Under the pieces are notes generated by a model. The model searched no databases and was not told where the DNA came from. It saw only the letters and a program-made list of their open reading frames with translations. A program made the translations under genes and the position numbers. Of a DNA stretch of 64,000 bases, positions 27,000-36,995 are shown piece after piece (within the stretch, counting starts at the first letter, position 1; each line of letters starts with the position of its first letter). Source of the DNA: Candidatus Komeilibacteria bacterium. GTDB taxonomy: Bacteria; Patescibacteriota; Patescibacteriia; UBA1558. The stretch spans positions 8,013 to 72,012 of the forward strand of contig JBLYPX010000001.1 of the NCBI GenBank assembly GCA_048538235.1, written 5' to 3'.

Positions 27000-29930
27000 A
27001 TGAGTGAAGATAAAAAAATTGACATTGAGACAATTAGCTTGTCAGAAGAGAATACCAATACTAAGGCAGCTGTAGAAAATGCAGCAAATGCAGCTAATTC
27101 TTCCCGCGCTCAAAACTTAACAGGTCTACAAGGCCTAAGAGTTGACCAAAAGTTTTCCACTCCTGGTGTACACCCATACGAAGAAATAGATTGGGAATTA
27201 AGGGAGGCTACCATCACCAATGAAAAGGGTGATGTTGTTTTTTCTCAAAAAGATGTTGAGGTCCCAGCTGCTTGGTCACAGAGCGCTACCAATATTGTAG
27301 TCCAGAAGTATTTCAGAGGAAGAGTAGGAACCTTAGAAAGAGAACGTAGTGTAAAACAGATGGTATCTAGAGTCGCTGAAACAATTACCCAATGGGGTAG
27401 AGAAGGCGGCTATTTTTATTCAGACGAAGATGCAGAGAAATATGAATCAGAGTTAACATATTTATTGGTTAATCAATACGCTGCTTTTAATAGTCCGGTT
27501 TGGTTTAATGTTGGAATTGAAAAACACCCTCAATGTTCAGCTTGTTTTATTAACTCTGTTAAAGATGATATGAAGTCAATTTTAAATTTGGCTGTTACAG
27601 AAGGAATGTTATTTAAATATGGTTCAGGTACTGGTACTAACTTTTCAAGCCTTCGTTCATCTAAAGAGTATTTAGGTAATAGTGATGGTAAATCATCTGG
27701 ACCTGTTTCTTTTATGCGTGGTTTTGATTCATTCGCTGGTGTTATTAAATCTGGTGGTAAAACTAGAAGAGCAGCTAAGATGGTTATTATGAATATTGAT
27801 CATCCAGATATTGTAGAGTTTATTAATTCTAAATCTCATGAAGAACAAAAAGCTTGGGCTTTAATTGATGCAGGTTATGATGGTTCATTTAATGGTGAAG
27901 CTTATGGTTCTGTATTTTTCCAAAATGCTAATAATAGTATTCGTGTTACAGACGATTTTATGAGGGCTGTAGATAATGATGGAGATTGGTATACAAAGTA
28001 TGTAACAACTGGAGATATTGCAGATTCATACAAAGCAAAAGCTTTAATGGAAATGATTTGTGAAGCTGCTTGGATCTGTGGTGATCCTGGTATGCAATAT
28101 GATACTACTATTAATAAATGGCATACATGTAAAAAATCCGGCAGAATTAATGCTTCTAATCCATGTTCTGAATATATGTTCTTAGATGATTCTGCTTGTA
28201 ATCTAGCTTCACTTAACTTAACAAAGTTTGCAGATAAACAAGGTAATTTTGATGTAGAGGCATTTAAGCATGCAGTTGAAATAATAATTACAGCTCAGGA
28301 GATTGTAGTAGATAACTCTTCTTATCCAACAGAACCTATTACACAGAATTCTTTTGACTACAGACCACTGGGTATGGGTTATGCAAACCTTGGTGCCCTT
28401 CTTATGTTAAAAGGCCTTGCCTATGATTCAGAAGAGGGTCGTAATTTTGCAGCTGCTGTTACTTCTTTAATGACTGGTGCAGCCTACAAAAGATCAGCAG
28501 AGATTGCTTCAAACCTAGGACCATTTAAATATTACCAAGCTAATGAAGAAAGCTTTCTAGAAGTAATGAATATGCATAGAGCAGCTGCTTACAAGATTAG
28601 ACAAGAAGGTAATACAGATGAATTGTGGCAGGCTTCTAAAGAAATCTGGGATGAGAATATAGCTATTGGTAAAAAGTATGGATATAAGAATGCTCAGGTT
28701 ACAGTGCTTGCTCCAACTGGCACAATTGCTTTCTTAATGGATTGTGATACTACTGGTATTGAACCAGATATAGCACTTGTTAAATACAAATGGCTTGTTG
28801 GTGGTGGAATGATGAAATTAGTTAATCAAAGTGTAGAATTAGCACTATCTAATTTAGGTTACAATAAGGGAGATGTTGAAGAGATTATTAAGTATATAGA
28901 TGAGCACGATACTATTGAAGGTTGTCCAACCTTTAATGAAGAAGATCTTAAAGTATTTGACTGTGCTTTTAAACCAAAAAATGGTAGTCGTTCTATTCAT
29001 TATATGGGCCACATTAAAATGATGGCAGCTGTGCAACCATTCTTATCTGGCGCTATTTCTAAGACAGTTAATTTACCAAAGGATGCTACTGAAGAAGATA
29101 TTTGGGAAGCATATATGACTTCATGGAGATTAGGCTTGAAAGCTGTAGCTGTATACAGAGACGGTTCAAAGAGAACTCAGCCATTAACAACTGGTAATGA
29201 AGATGAGGGTGGTAAAAAGAAAGAAAAAGGTGAAAAGAAAGAAATTGAGTACAAGCCTATGCGTAAGAGAATGCCAGATGAAAGAGAGGCTATTACTCAT
29301 TCATATAGAATTGGTAATCACAAAGGATATATAACAGTTGGTCTGTATGAGAATGGTATGCCAGGTGAAATATTTATTGCAGCTGCTAAAGAGGGTAGTG
29401 TCATATCTGGACTACTCGATTCATTTGCCCTATCTATTTCTCTAGCATTACAATATGGTGTGCCTTTGAAGTTTTTAGCAAATAAGTTTACTCATTCAAG
29501 ATTTGAACCATCAGGTTATACAAATAATCCAGATATTAGAATTGCTAAATCTATTGTAGACTATATCTTTAGATGGTTAGCTCTTAAATTCTTATCACGT
29601 GAAGATCAGGCTGAACTTGGTGTAAACGGTTTTCACCATGATGATGATGCTACAGATGATAAAAAAGATACTAAGACAGAAATCAGCGAAACTACTAAAA
29701 AGACAACCAGGACATTAGAAGTAGATATTGATGGAGATAGTAATCCAGATGCTCTATACATGGAAGAAACAGAAGAATCTATTAAATCTTTAACATTGGG
29801 AGATGACGCTAGTATTACTTTTGAAATGCAAGAAGATTCACCACCATGTGGTACTTGTGGTTCAATCATGGTTAGAAATGGTTCTTGCTACAAATGTCTA
29901 AACTGTGGATCCACTAGTGGTTGTTCATAA
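27000..29930 (+). CDS. nrdJ: adenosylcobalamin-dependent ribonucleotide reductase (class II) with C-terminal Zn ribbon
   Basis: NPCSEYMFLDDSACNLASLNL active-site region, FNSPVWFNVG, C-terminal CGTCGS...CYKCLNCG zinc finger; 976 aa. Confidence 0.9.
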   Translation: MSEDKKIDIETISLSEENTNTKAAVENAANAANSSRAQNLTGLQGLRVDQKFSTPGVHPYEEIDWELREATITNEKGDVVFSQKDVEVPAAWSQSATNIVVQKYFRGRVGTLERERSVKQMVSRVAETITQWGREGGYFYSDEDAEKYESELTYLLVNQYAAFNSPVWFNVGIEKHPQCSACFINSVKDDMKSILNLAVTEGMLFKYGSGTGTNFSSLRSSKEYLGNSDGKSSGPVSFMRGFDSFAGVIKSGGKTRRAAKMVIMNIDHPDIVEFINSKSHEEQKAWALIDAGYDGSFNGEAYGSVFFQNANNSIRVTDDFMRAVDNDGDWYTKYVTTGDIADSYKAKALMEMICEAAWICGDPGMQYDTTINKWHTCKKSGRINASNPCSEYMFLDDSACNLASLNLTKFADKQGNFDVEAFKHAVEIIITAQEIVVDNSSYPTEPITQNSFDYRPLGMGYANLGALLMLKGLAYDSEEGRNFAAAVTSLMTGAAYKRSAEIASNLGPFKYYQANEESFLEVMNMHRAAAYKIRQEGNTDELWQASKEIWDENIAIGKKYGYKNAQVTVLAPTGTIAFLMDCDTTGIEPDIALVKYKWLVGGGMMKLVNQSVELALSNLGYNKGDVEEIIKYIDEHDTIEGCPTFNEEDLKVFDCAFKPKNGSRSIHYMGHIKMMAAVQPFLSGAISKTVNLPKDATEEDIWEAYMTSWRLGLKAVAVYRDGSKRTQPLTTGNEDEGGKKKEKGEKKEIEYKPMRKRMPDEREAITHSYRIGNHKGYITVGLYENGMPGEIFIAAAKEGSVISGLLDSFALSISLALQYGVPLKFLANKFTHSRFEPSGYTNNPDIRIAKSIVDYIFRWLALKFLSREDQAELGVNGFHHDDDATDDKKDTKTEISETTKKTTRTLEVDIDGDSNPDALYMEETEESIKSLTLGDDASITFEMQEDSPPCGTCGSIMVRNGSCYKCLNCGSTSGCS

Positions 29931-30028
29931 AGAAATTACCCCCTAAACAGGGGATGAAATAAAATAAATATTAAAAGGGCAACATTGTGCAGTTGCCCTT
30001 TTGATTTACTCATAGTATATTTAAAGTA

Positions 30029-30568
30029 ATGAAACAAAAGTTAGGACAAATACAAATATATACAGGCAATGGCAAGGGAAAGACTACAGCTTCGCTAGGA
30101 CTCTGCATGAGAGCTAGAGGGCGTAATTTAAAGGTTGCTATTGTCTTTTTTGATAAAGGTGGCCTAGATTATGGGGAGAGAGGTGTATTAAAGAAAATAG
30201 GGGTAGATTTTTGGGTTTCAGGCTGTATTAGGTTTAATCCTAAACTCAAGAAATTTAGATTTGGTGTAACACCTGAGGATATTAAGTCAGCTAATGAGGG
30301 TCTGGTTATAGCTAGAGAAGTATTAAGTAATGGTAAGTATGATTTAGTAGTTTTAGATGAGATTAATTCTACGACTAATTTAAAGATGCTAGATGTTAAA
30401 GATGTGCTAGCCGTTATTAAAGATAAACACCCAAATACAGAATTAATAATGACTGGTAGGAACGCTCCATTACAATTTAAAAAAATAGCTAATCTCATAA
30501 CAGAGATGACTCTAAAGAAACATTACTTTTATGAGGGAGTTGAAGCTAGAGAAGGAATTGAATATTAA
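30029..30568 (+). CDS. cobO: cob(I)alamin/cob(I)yrinic acid a,c-diamide adenosyltransferase (CobA/CobO/BtuR family)
   Basis: P-loop YTGNGKGKTTASLG, LVVLDEIN; ~180 aa typical size. Confidence 0.75.
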   Translation: MKQKLGQIQIYTGNGKGKTTASLGLCMRARGRNLKVAIVFFDKGGLDYGERGVLKKIGVDFWVSGCIRFNPKLKKFRFGVTPEDIKSANEGLVIAREVLSNGKYDLVVLDEINSTTNLKMLDVKDVLAVIKDKHPNTELIMTGRNAPLQFKKIANLITEMTLKKHYFYEGVEAREGIEY

Positions 30569-30585
30569 TTATTAAATATACTATT

Positions 30586-30891
30586 ATGAACATTATGATA
30601 AAAGCGACAAATATGAATTTGTCACCAGAAATGAAAAATTTTATTAAAGAGAAAATAGCTGCTGTAGAAAAGTTTTATCCAAATATATTAGAAGCAAGAG
30701 TAGAAGTAGAATTTGATGAACATAAAAGACAAGGACATAATTATAGATGTGAGGTTAATATACCAATACCTGGTAAATTAATACGGGTGGAAAAGACAAC
30801 ACCAGATTTTGAAAAGTCAGTAAATAAGGTTAAAGATCATTTAAAGGTAGTCTTGTCTAAAGAAAAGAATAAAGAAATACAGAAGAGATAG
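30586..30891 (+). CDS. hpf: ribosome hibernation promoting factor / RaiA (YfiA) family
   Basis: ~100 aa, beta-alpha-beta-beta-beta-alpha pattern with KNFIKEKIAAVEKF...ARVEVEF...YRCEVNIPIPG. Confidence 0.7.
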   Translation: MNIMIKATNMNLSPEMKNFIKEKIAAVEKFYPNILEARVEVEFDEHKRQGHNYRCEVNIPIPGKLIRVEKTTPDFEKSVNKVKDHLKVVLSKEKNKEIQKR

Positions 30892-30967
30892 ATTTGACTT
30901 TTATTTGTCTCTGTATTAAGTTGCTATAAGTACAAACAATACAAAAAGGAAGTAATAGGAGGATAGA

Positions 30968-31651
30968 ATGAACTTTGAAAGTATAAACGCTAAACATCCT
31001 TGGGGTGTGAATATTGGTGTTGATGTTGATGAAACAATGTTTCCCAACTTACCAATTTTCATAGAGTGGCACAATGTTCACTATGGCAGCGAGGCAGTGC
31101 TAAACGATTTTGCAAGCTATGGTGGTTGGAATGACGTTTTTAATGTTAGTGTGGCCACTATTGTAGAACGGTATATGGATTTCATGTTCGGATATTACCG
31201 AGGTTTAAATCCAGATCCATTTCCTGGCGTTGAAGATGCCTTAGGTCTATTAAAGGTAGACGGTGCTAGAATTAATGCCGTAAGCTCAAGACAGTCTGAA
31301 CTTGCAGTCATAACCCAACATCAAATACTGAGCAAGTTTGCTGATCAAAGATTGGTAATGGGTTATTCATTCGGCAACAAATACAGTAGAGATAAAAAAA
31401 ATCTCTCATTCAAAGAGAAGTGGGAGAGTTGCGAGTTGATGCGAGTTCGGTTAATGATTGAAGATAGGGTAAGTGATGCAGAATCTTTAGCTGAGCATGG
31501 TATAAGAGTTATACTGTTCAATAATGGTTTAGCTTACCCCTGGAGCGTTTCGGATCATGAACATGATTTAATACATGTAGTGAGTGATTGGAAGGAGGTG
31601 TATCCACTGGCTAATAAATTAGTTCACGAGGCGTATCAAGAAGTTTTGTAA
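30968..31651 (+). CDS. HAD-superfamily hydrolase-like protein (DVDET motif), higher GC
   Basis: IGVDVDETMF (DxDxT) near N-terminus, AGGAGG RBS; bidirectional terminator aagccgtca-atcgattgtttcgag-tgacggctttttt at ~31658..31693. Confidence 0.4.
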   Translation: MNFESINAKHPWGVNIGVDVDETMFPNLPIFIEWHNVHYGSEAVLNDFASYGGWNDVFNVSVATIVERYMDFMFGYYRGLNPDPFPGVEDALGLLKVDGARINAVSSRQSELAVITQHQILSKFADQRLVMGYSFGNKYSRDKKNLSFKEKWESCELMRVRLMIEDRVSDAESLAEHGIRVILFNNGLAYPWSVSDHEHDLIHVVSDWKEVYPLANKLVHEAYQEVL

Positions 31652-31696
31652 AATGTTAAAGCCGTCAATCGATTGTTTCGAGTGACGGCTTTTTTG

Positions 31697-31897
31697 TTAC
31701 ACTTGATGTTTTAAAGTAAGCTCTTGATGAGCTTTGCGTATGCACTCACTAACCGTTTTAGCTGGTAAGCCTTTTTCCTTCTCAAAGACTTCTGTCAAAA
31801 GTTCTACGGTTTCGTCCTCTGTTTTGCCAACTGAGAAATATCCGTATATAAGTCCTTCAAAGACTTTTGCTAAATCTTTTTTTTCTACATCGTTCAA
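31697..31897 (-). CDS. hypothetical small protein
   Basis: 66 aa ORF sharing the bidirectional terminator. Confidence 0.35.
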   Translation of the reverse strand: MNDVEKKDLAKVFEGLIYGYFSVGKTEDETVELLTEVFEKEKGLPAKTVSECIRKAHQELTLKHQV

Positions 31898-32070
31898 TGC
31901 TGTTCCTCCACTTTGTCCTGCGTTTATTTTTTTATGCCATAGATTTACGCGGCAATATTAATATTAGTACTAATATGCGGTATAGTCAATATGTAGATAG
32001 AGTATATATTGACAATTTTAGCTAGATGTGGTATATTACTATATTAAATAATGATAATTAGCTTAATTTT

Positions 32071-33486
32071 ATGAAAAATAGCTTAAAAATACTAATATTT
32101 ACTATTATTTCCCTAGCAAGTTTAGGTGTTTTTTCAGTGGTACACGCTCAACAGGTAGATGTTACAAATATTGAGGTTTTTGACATTGAAGATCAAAGAG
32201 CTCGTATTAAATGGTCTACTTATGATGTGCCTACTAAAGGTATTGTATATTATGGTACAGATTACCAGAATTTAGATAAATTCATGGGCTATGGTACATA
32301 TAGCTATAGTCATGAATCTGTATTAACTGGTCTACAAGCAGACTTAGTATATTATTACAAAATTGTGGTAATAGAAAATACAGGTGAATCCTTTGAAACA
32401 TATATTGGTAGTTTTTCAACTGAAGATATGGTAGATACAAAATTACCAGAAGTATTAGAGGTAGAAATTATACAAGCTACTAATGACCAAGCAGCTATAT
32501 ATTGGCGTGTTGATGAAGAAACAAAAGCAGTAGTACGCTATGGTGTAGATAGAGAAGATTTAGATAAATACAAAAGAGTATCTAGATGGTCAACTGAGTA
32601 TGCATTAACTCTAACTAGATTATTACCAAACAGAAACTATTATTTACAAATAGAGTTTGAAGATAAGTCTGGTAATACTAGAAAGTCTAGTATTGAGACA
32701 TTTAATACTAGATCTAATATTACTAAATCTACAAATTTAGAAATAAGTAATATTCAACCATTTGGCTATCATGAACATTTAGTTTTTGCTGATCAAGTAT
32801 TAGTAAAATTCCAAACTAATATGATTGCTAATAGTAGGGTATACTATGGCACTGAACCAAATAGATTGAATAAGAGTATTAGAACTGAGGTTTTACCAAA
32901 AGTTAAAGAACATAGAGTAGTAATTGCTGGTCTTGAACCAGAAACAACATATTATTACAAGATTAAAGTTTACGATAGTTTCTATAACAAGAGAGACGAG
33001 TCACAGGTATATAGTTTTACAACAGCCAGTTTAAATTATACAGTAGCTACTCCAACTAACAGTCCAACAGATACTGATGGTGATGGCTTGTATGACAGTT
33101 ATGAATTAGAAATAGGTACAGATCCACTAGATAATGATTCAGATAATGATGGTTATTTAGATGGTACAGAAGTTTCTCATGGATATAATCCATTGGGAAG
33201 TGGTAGATCAAACAGTGGTGTGTTTGCATATAATAAAATTAGAGTGTCTCACGAAACAGAAGCTAGTAAAGCTCAATATTTAAGATCTGAGTTAGAGAAA
33301 AAATTAGGCAGTTTAAATATTGCAGTTAATCATTGGTATAAGTTATTAAATGCATACATTTACGGAGATTATCCAGTGCAGGCTATTTCTCAGGCTATAA
33401 AATTTGGTGGTAAAACAGTTCACCCTACAATTACTTGGCAACAGTGGCAAAATAGCTCAGATTACCAGGAATACATAAATAAATAA
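32071..33486 (+). CDS. secreted protein with tandem fibronectin-III-like modules and thrombospondin type-3-like Asp-rich Ca-binding repeats
   Basis: Signal peptide; three repeats of the ...RIKWSTY/AIYWRV/ARYxGxxxxNL...YYYK pattern; DTDGDGLYDSYELEIGTDPLDNDSDNDGYLDG. Confidence 0.5.
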   Translation: MKNSLKILIFTIISLASLGVFSVVHAQQVDVTNIEVFDIEDQRARIKWSTYDVPTKGIVYYGTDYQNLDKFMGYGTYSYSHESVLTGLQADLVYYYKIVVIENTGESFETYIGSFSTEDMVDTKLPEVLEVEIIQATNDQAAIYWRVDEETKAVVRYGVDREDLDKYKRVSRWSTEYALTLTRLLPNRNYYLQIEFEDKSGNTRKSSIETFNTRSNITKSTNLEISNIQPFGYHEHLVFADQVLVKFQTNMIANSRVYYGTEPNRLNKSIRTEVLPKVKEHRVVIAGLEPETTYYYKIKVYDSFYNKRDESQVYSFTTASLNYTVATPTNSPTDTDGDGLYDSYELEIGTDPLDNDSDNDGYLDGTEVSHGYNPLGSGRSNSGVFAYNKIRVSHETEASKAQYLRSELEKKLGSLNIAVNHWYKLLNAYIYGDYPVQAISQAIKFGGKTVHPTITWQQWQNSSDYQEYINK

Positions 33487-33542
33487 GATTATATAAAAAA
33501 GAGACCATTTACAATAATGGTTTCTTTTTTTATTATTAAGCT

Positions 33543-34256
33543 ATGAAGAAATTTATATATATATTATTAGCGATTATTCTCATTTTTTTGTTTGTAAATA
33601 GAGTCAAGGTAAAAGATGTATATTTAGAGAACGCTCGTGAAGAGTTACCAATAGCTGTTAATATTGGAGATGTTAATATACAGATGATAGATGATATACC
33701 TTTAGAATATAATTTAGATGTTCCCTTTATTTCTCAAGCACCATATGCTAATTGGGATTTGCCTTATCAGGAAGCATGTGAAGAGGCAGCTATTATTATG
33801 GTTCATTATTATTTAGAAAATAAAGAGATAAACATTGAGTTAGCAGATAAGGAAATATTAGACTTAGTTTTATGGCAGGAAAATAATTTGGGAGATTATA
33901 AAGATACAACCGTAGATGAAACAGTAAATATAGTTAAAGATTATTGGGGTTATGATTTTGAAGTCATTCCTAATCCTAGTGTTGAGGTTATAAAAAAATA
34001 TATTGCTAATGGACACCCAGTTGTAGCTCCATTTTATGGCAAGGTCTTGAGTAATCCATATTATTCTGGAGATGGACCATTGTATCATATGATGGTTATT
34101 AAGGGGTATACACAAGATAAGTTTATTACAAATGATCCCGGTACGAAAAGAGGAGAAGATTATATGTATGATTATGATATTCTTATGTCTGCTATGCACG
34201 ATTGGAATAATGGAGATGTGGAGAATGGCTTGCCAATAGCCTTTATTATAAAATAA
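33543..34256 (+). CDS. putative C39-like (Peptidase_C39_2 / BtrH-like) cysteine peptidase, membrane anchored
   Basis: FISQAPYANWDLPYQEACEEAA (Q...C catalytic-region pattern) and downstream His (YHMMVIKGY). Confidence 0.45.
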   Translation: MKKFIYILLAIILIFLFVNRVKVKDVYLENAREELPIAVNIGDVNIQMIDDIPLEYNLDVPFISQAPYANWDLPYQEACEEAAIIMVHYYLENKEINIELADKEILDLVLWQENNLGDYKDTTVDETVNIVKDYWGYDFEVIPNPSVEVIKKYIANGHPVVAPFYGKVLSNPYYSGDGPLYHMMVIKGYTQDKFITNDPGTKRGEDYMYDYDILMSAMHDWNNGDVENGLPIAFIIK

Positions 34257-34280
34257 TTTTAAATGAAAAAGGTCGCCAGG

Positions 34281-36533
34281 TTAATCTAGGCGACCTTTTT
34301 GTTTTGATTTCATTTCATAGTATTGTATTATCTTTCGAACAGCCTTTTCTTCTGCTCGTGATGTGTAGTAGATGCTTTCTTCACCAGAATCTTTATAGAT
34401 AAGGATATGGACTGTGCCGTGTTTACGACGACCAGTTCTACCCAATCTTTGAATATGGCGCCTGACATCACTAATTGGTTCATAAAAAATTAGCTCATCT
34501 ACAGCTGGGAAATCCAAACCCTCTTCTCCAATTGATGTGCAAATTAAGATTTGAATTTCTTTATTTTTATACTTTTTGAGAACTTCGCTTTGTTCCTTTT
34601 GTTTCATACCTGGGTCGCCATAATTGTTTGACGTCCCTGTTAGTCTGTCACAGGATATATTTGGATATTTGTGTTTAATATATTTCATGACTTTCCTTAA
34701 GGTGTCTCGGTATTTAACAAATATTAGCATTTGCTTCTTCTCAAGGGTATCTATTCTTTCAGCTATAGCTTTTAATTTAGGATCGTACCACGCTTCTTCC
34801 CAATTTATCTCTCCACCAATATCTATGTACTGTTCTAAGTGAGAGGGATAATTTCTTTCTTTCCACAAGTTGTAATGGACAAGCCAGGCCATAATTTGTC
34901 TGACATTTTTACTATCCATAAACAATTGGCAAGAAGGTTTTGGGTCAGATTGGTAATTATAGTGTTCGTAGGTTAGATAGTTAACTAAATCTGTGATGCC
35001 AGCGTTTAAACAGTCTATAGCTGTTTGAATACGCATAGCAAGACTCCAGAGGGTTAACTTCTCGACGATTATATCGATTGATTTTTGTTCTATAGTTCTC
35101 CTTTCTAATTCAGCCTTTAGGTTATCGCCTAATGCTTTGAAAGATTGTTTTAGGATTGCTGTGCATTGCCCATGTTCATTTTTGTACACATAGTCAGTCA
35201 TATCGTCTTTGAGAATTGAGCCTAGATTCTCTATTGTTGTAGTCAGTTCTGCATTTAACTTTGTTCTGATAGATGGTGATATGATTTCTGACATTATTTG
35301 TCTGATGATGTGATGATTAACAAAGTGTGTACCAGAAGGGGTCTTTTTCATATGCCAGTTAGCAAATTGTTTTTGCATAAAGTATATGAATTCAGGCATT
35401 CCTTTTTGTAGCCTATCTATGGCATTACCTATTTTCATAGACATTGCCCAATCAATTAAGGCGAACCGTAGGTTGTCTCCATTATTATTTTGATTTAACA
35501 AATGTTTCAAACGATTCATTAGTTTGTTGAAGGCTGTTATACGAACGCCAACAACTTTACCAGATTCGTTTCTGTAAGCATAGTTGAGTAATGATTCACC
35601 CGAGGCATCAGACAGTCTTTTAAAACTTCTCGTCAATATATCTACAAGTTGAGTTTTATATCTCTGCTGTTGTTCGGTGGTATTCTTGTCTATGAATACA
35701 GGTTTGATAAATCTAATAAAGACATACGGTTTAACATCTGGGCTATCATAACTTCTAGCCAAAACCTGGGTGTCTTTTACATTCAGCTTTTTTTGTAACT
35801 CTTCTAGTTTAGCAATGTCAGCATCTGGGCTGGCCGTAAAAGCAGCTATGAGAATATTAGGATTATTCATTTGGTAGTATTCTGCTAATTTTGCATATGA
35901 ATAATCTCCAGTTAGATGATGGGTTTCGTCTATTAGTATTAAACTAATGTCCATTGGACTGCCAACACCAGTATTTTTATTTATCTCCTCTTCTATGGTT
36001 TGTGGCGTAGCAATCACTACATTGCTTTTCTGCCATATTTCTGGTCTTTGTTTTGCGTTAATTTTACCAGTTAGAAACTCAGTTCTTAATTTAGGTAAAA
36101 CCCTGTTAAATGTTTCTTGGTGTTGTTCACAAAGCGGTTTGGTTGGTGCTAGGAATAATATTTTACCAAAGGGGTTTAGTTTTAAAACCTCGATGGTTAA
36201 CAATATTCCTGCATATGTTTTACCAAGACCAGTTGGTAAAATTATGATTGAATTGTCTTTAAGCGCTTGTTGAACAATTTGAATTGTATATGGCCTAGCC
36301 TCAAAAGATTGAGGTTCGAGCATATCACTGGTTAGATGAACGGCTGGCGATCTAAGCATACGATGCTCAGATGTCATACCATAGCCCATTTCTTCGGCCA
36401 TGGCTTTCATTACGGCTGAACTTTTCAACACTTTTAACTCATATTCCCTATCAAACTCATCGAGCAGGGGAATAGTGTCAAAGGCAGAAAAGAGGTTAAG
36501 CTGTTTAGCTTCACCTTTCTCTTTATTTTCCAT
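34281..36533 (-). CDS. DEAH-box helicase of the ERCC4-related / Hef-Mph1-FANCM-like type
   Basis: Motif I ILPTGLGKTYAG, motif II LILIDETHHLTG, ~300 aa insertion, then helicase-C with QILICTSIGEEGLDFP and QRLGRTGRRKHG. Confidence 0.55.
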   Translation of the reverse strand: MENKEKGEAKQLNLFSAFDTIPLLDEFDREYELKVLKSSAVMKAMAEEMGYGMTSEHRMLRSPAVHLTSDMLEPQSFEARPYTIQIVQQALKDNSIIILPTGLGKTYAGILLTIEVLKLNPFGKILFLAPTKPLCEQHQETFNRVLPKLRTEFLTGKINAKQRPEIWQKSNVVIATPQTIEEEINKNTGVGSPMDISLILIDETHHLTGDYSYAKLAEYYQMNNPNILIAAFTASPDADIAKLEELQKKLNVKDTQVLARSYDSPDVKPYVFIRFIKPVFIDKNTTEQQQRYKTQLVDILTRSFKRLSDASGESLLNYAYRNESGKVVGVRITAFNKLMNRLKHLLNQNNNGDNLRFALIDWAMSMKIGNAIDRLQKGMPEFIYFMQKQFANWHMKKTPSGTHFVNHHIIRQIMSEIISPSIRTKLNAELTTTIENLGSILKDDMTDYVYKNEHGQCTAILKQSFKALGDNLKAELERRTIEQKSIDIIVEKLTLWSLAMRIQTAIDCLNAGITDLVNYLTYEHYNYQSDPKPSCQLFMDSKNVRQIMAWLVHYNLWKERNYPSHLEQYIDIGGEINWEEAWYDPKLKAIAERIDTLEKKQMLIFVKYRDTLRKVMKYIKHKYPNISCDRLTGTSNNYGDPGMKQKEQSEVLKKYKNKEIQILICTSIGEEGLDFPAVDELIFYEPISDVRRHIQRLGRTGRRKHGTVHILIYKDSGEESIYYTSRAEEKAVRKIIQYYEMKSKQKGRLD

Positions 36534-36684
36534 ATTTCCCTCTCTTTATTGAATTGTTAAGGTCCTAATTTTATGGTAGCAAAGTTTAACTATTTTTGCA
36601 CTTGACTATAATGAGTTTTATGTTGAAATCTGTTAATAAAAAAATCCCTAGGAAATAGGGATTTTTTAAGTATATAATTGTATA

Positions 36685-36960
36685 TTATTTAAGAAATTCT
36701 TTTAGGTTTTTACCAGCTTTGAACTTTGGTACAGTCACTGTAGGTATTTGAATTTTTTCCTTAGGGTTACGTGGGTTAACGCCCATTCTAGCATTACGAA
36801 CACGTGAGGAAAAAGTACCAAAACCAGTTAAGGTTACTTCATCGCTAGCTTTTAATGCTTCCATGGTAGTTTGCTCAAAAGTATCCAAAACCTTTTCTAC
36901 TTCTTTTTTATGAATATCTGTCTTATTAGATATTATTTCTATTAATTTAGCTTTATTCAT
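36685..36960 (-). CDS. hup: HU family DNA-binding protein
   Basis: MNKAKLIEIIS...GFGTFSSRVRNARMGVNPRNPKEKIQIP conserved HU arm. Confidence 0.85.
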   Translation of the reverse strand: MNKAKLIEIISNKTDIHKKEVEKVLDTFEQTTMEALKASDEVTLTGFGTFSSRVRNARMGVNPRNPKEKIQIPTVTVPKFKAGKNLKEFLK

Positions 36961-36995
36961 AATTTTGTTTTATGCACTAATAGTATAGCAGATTT

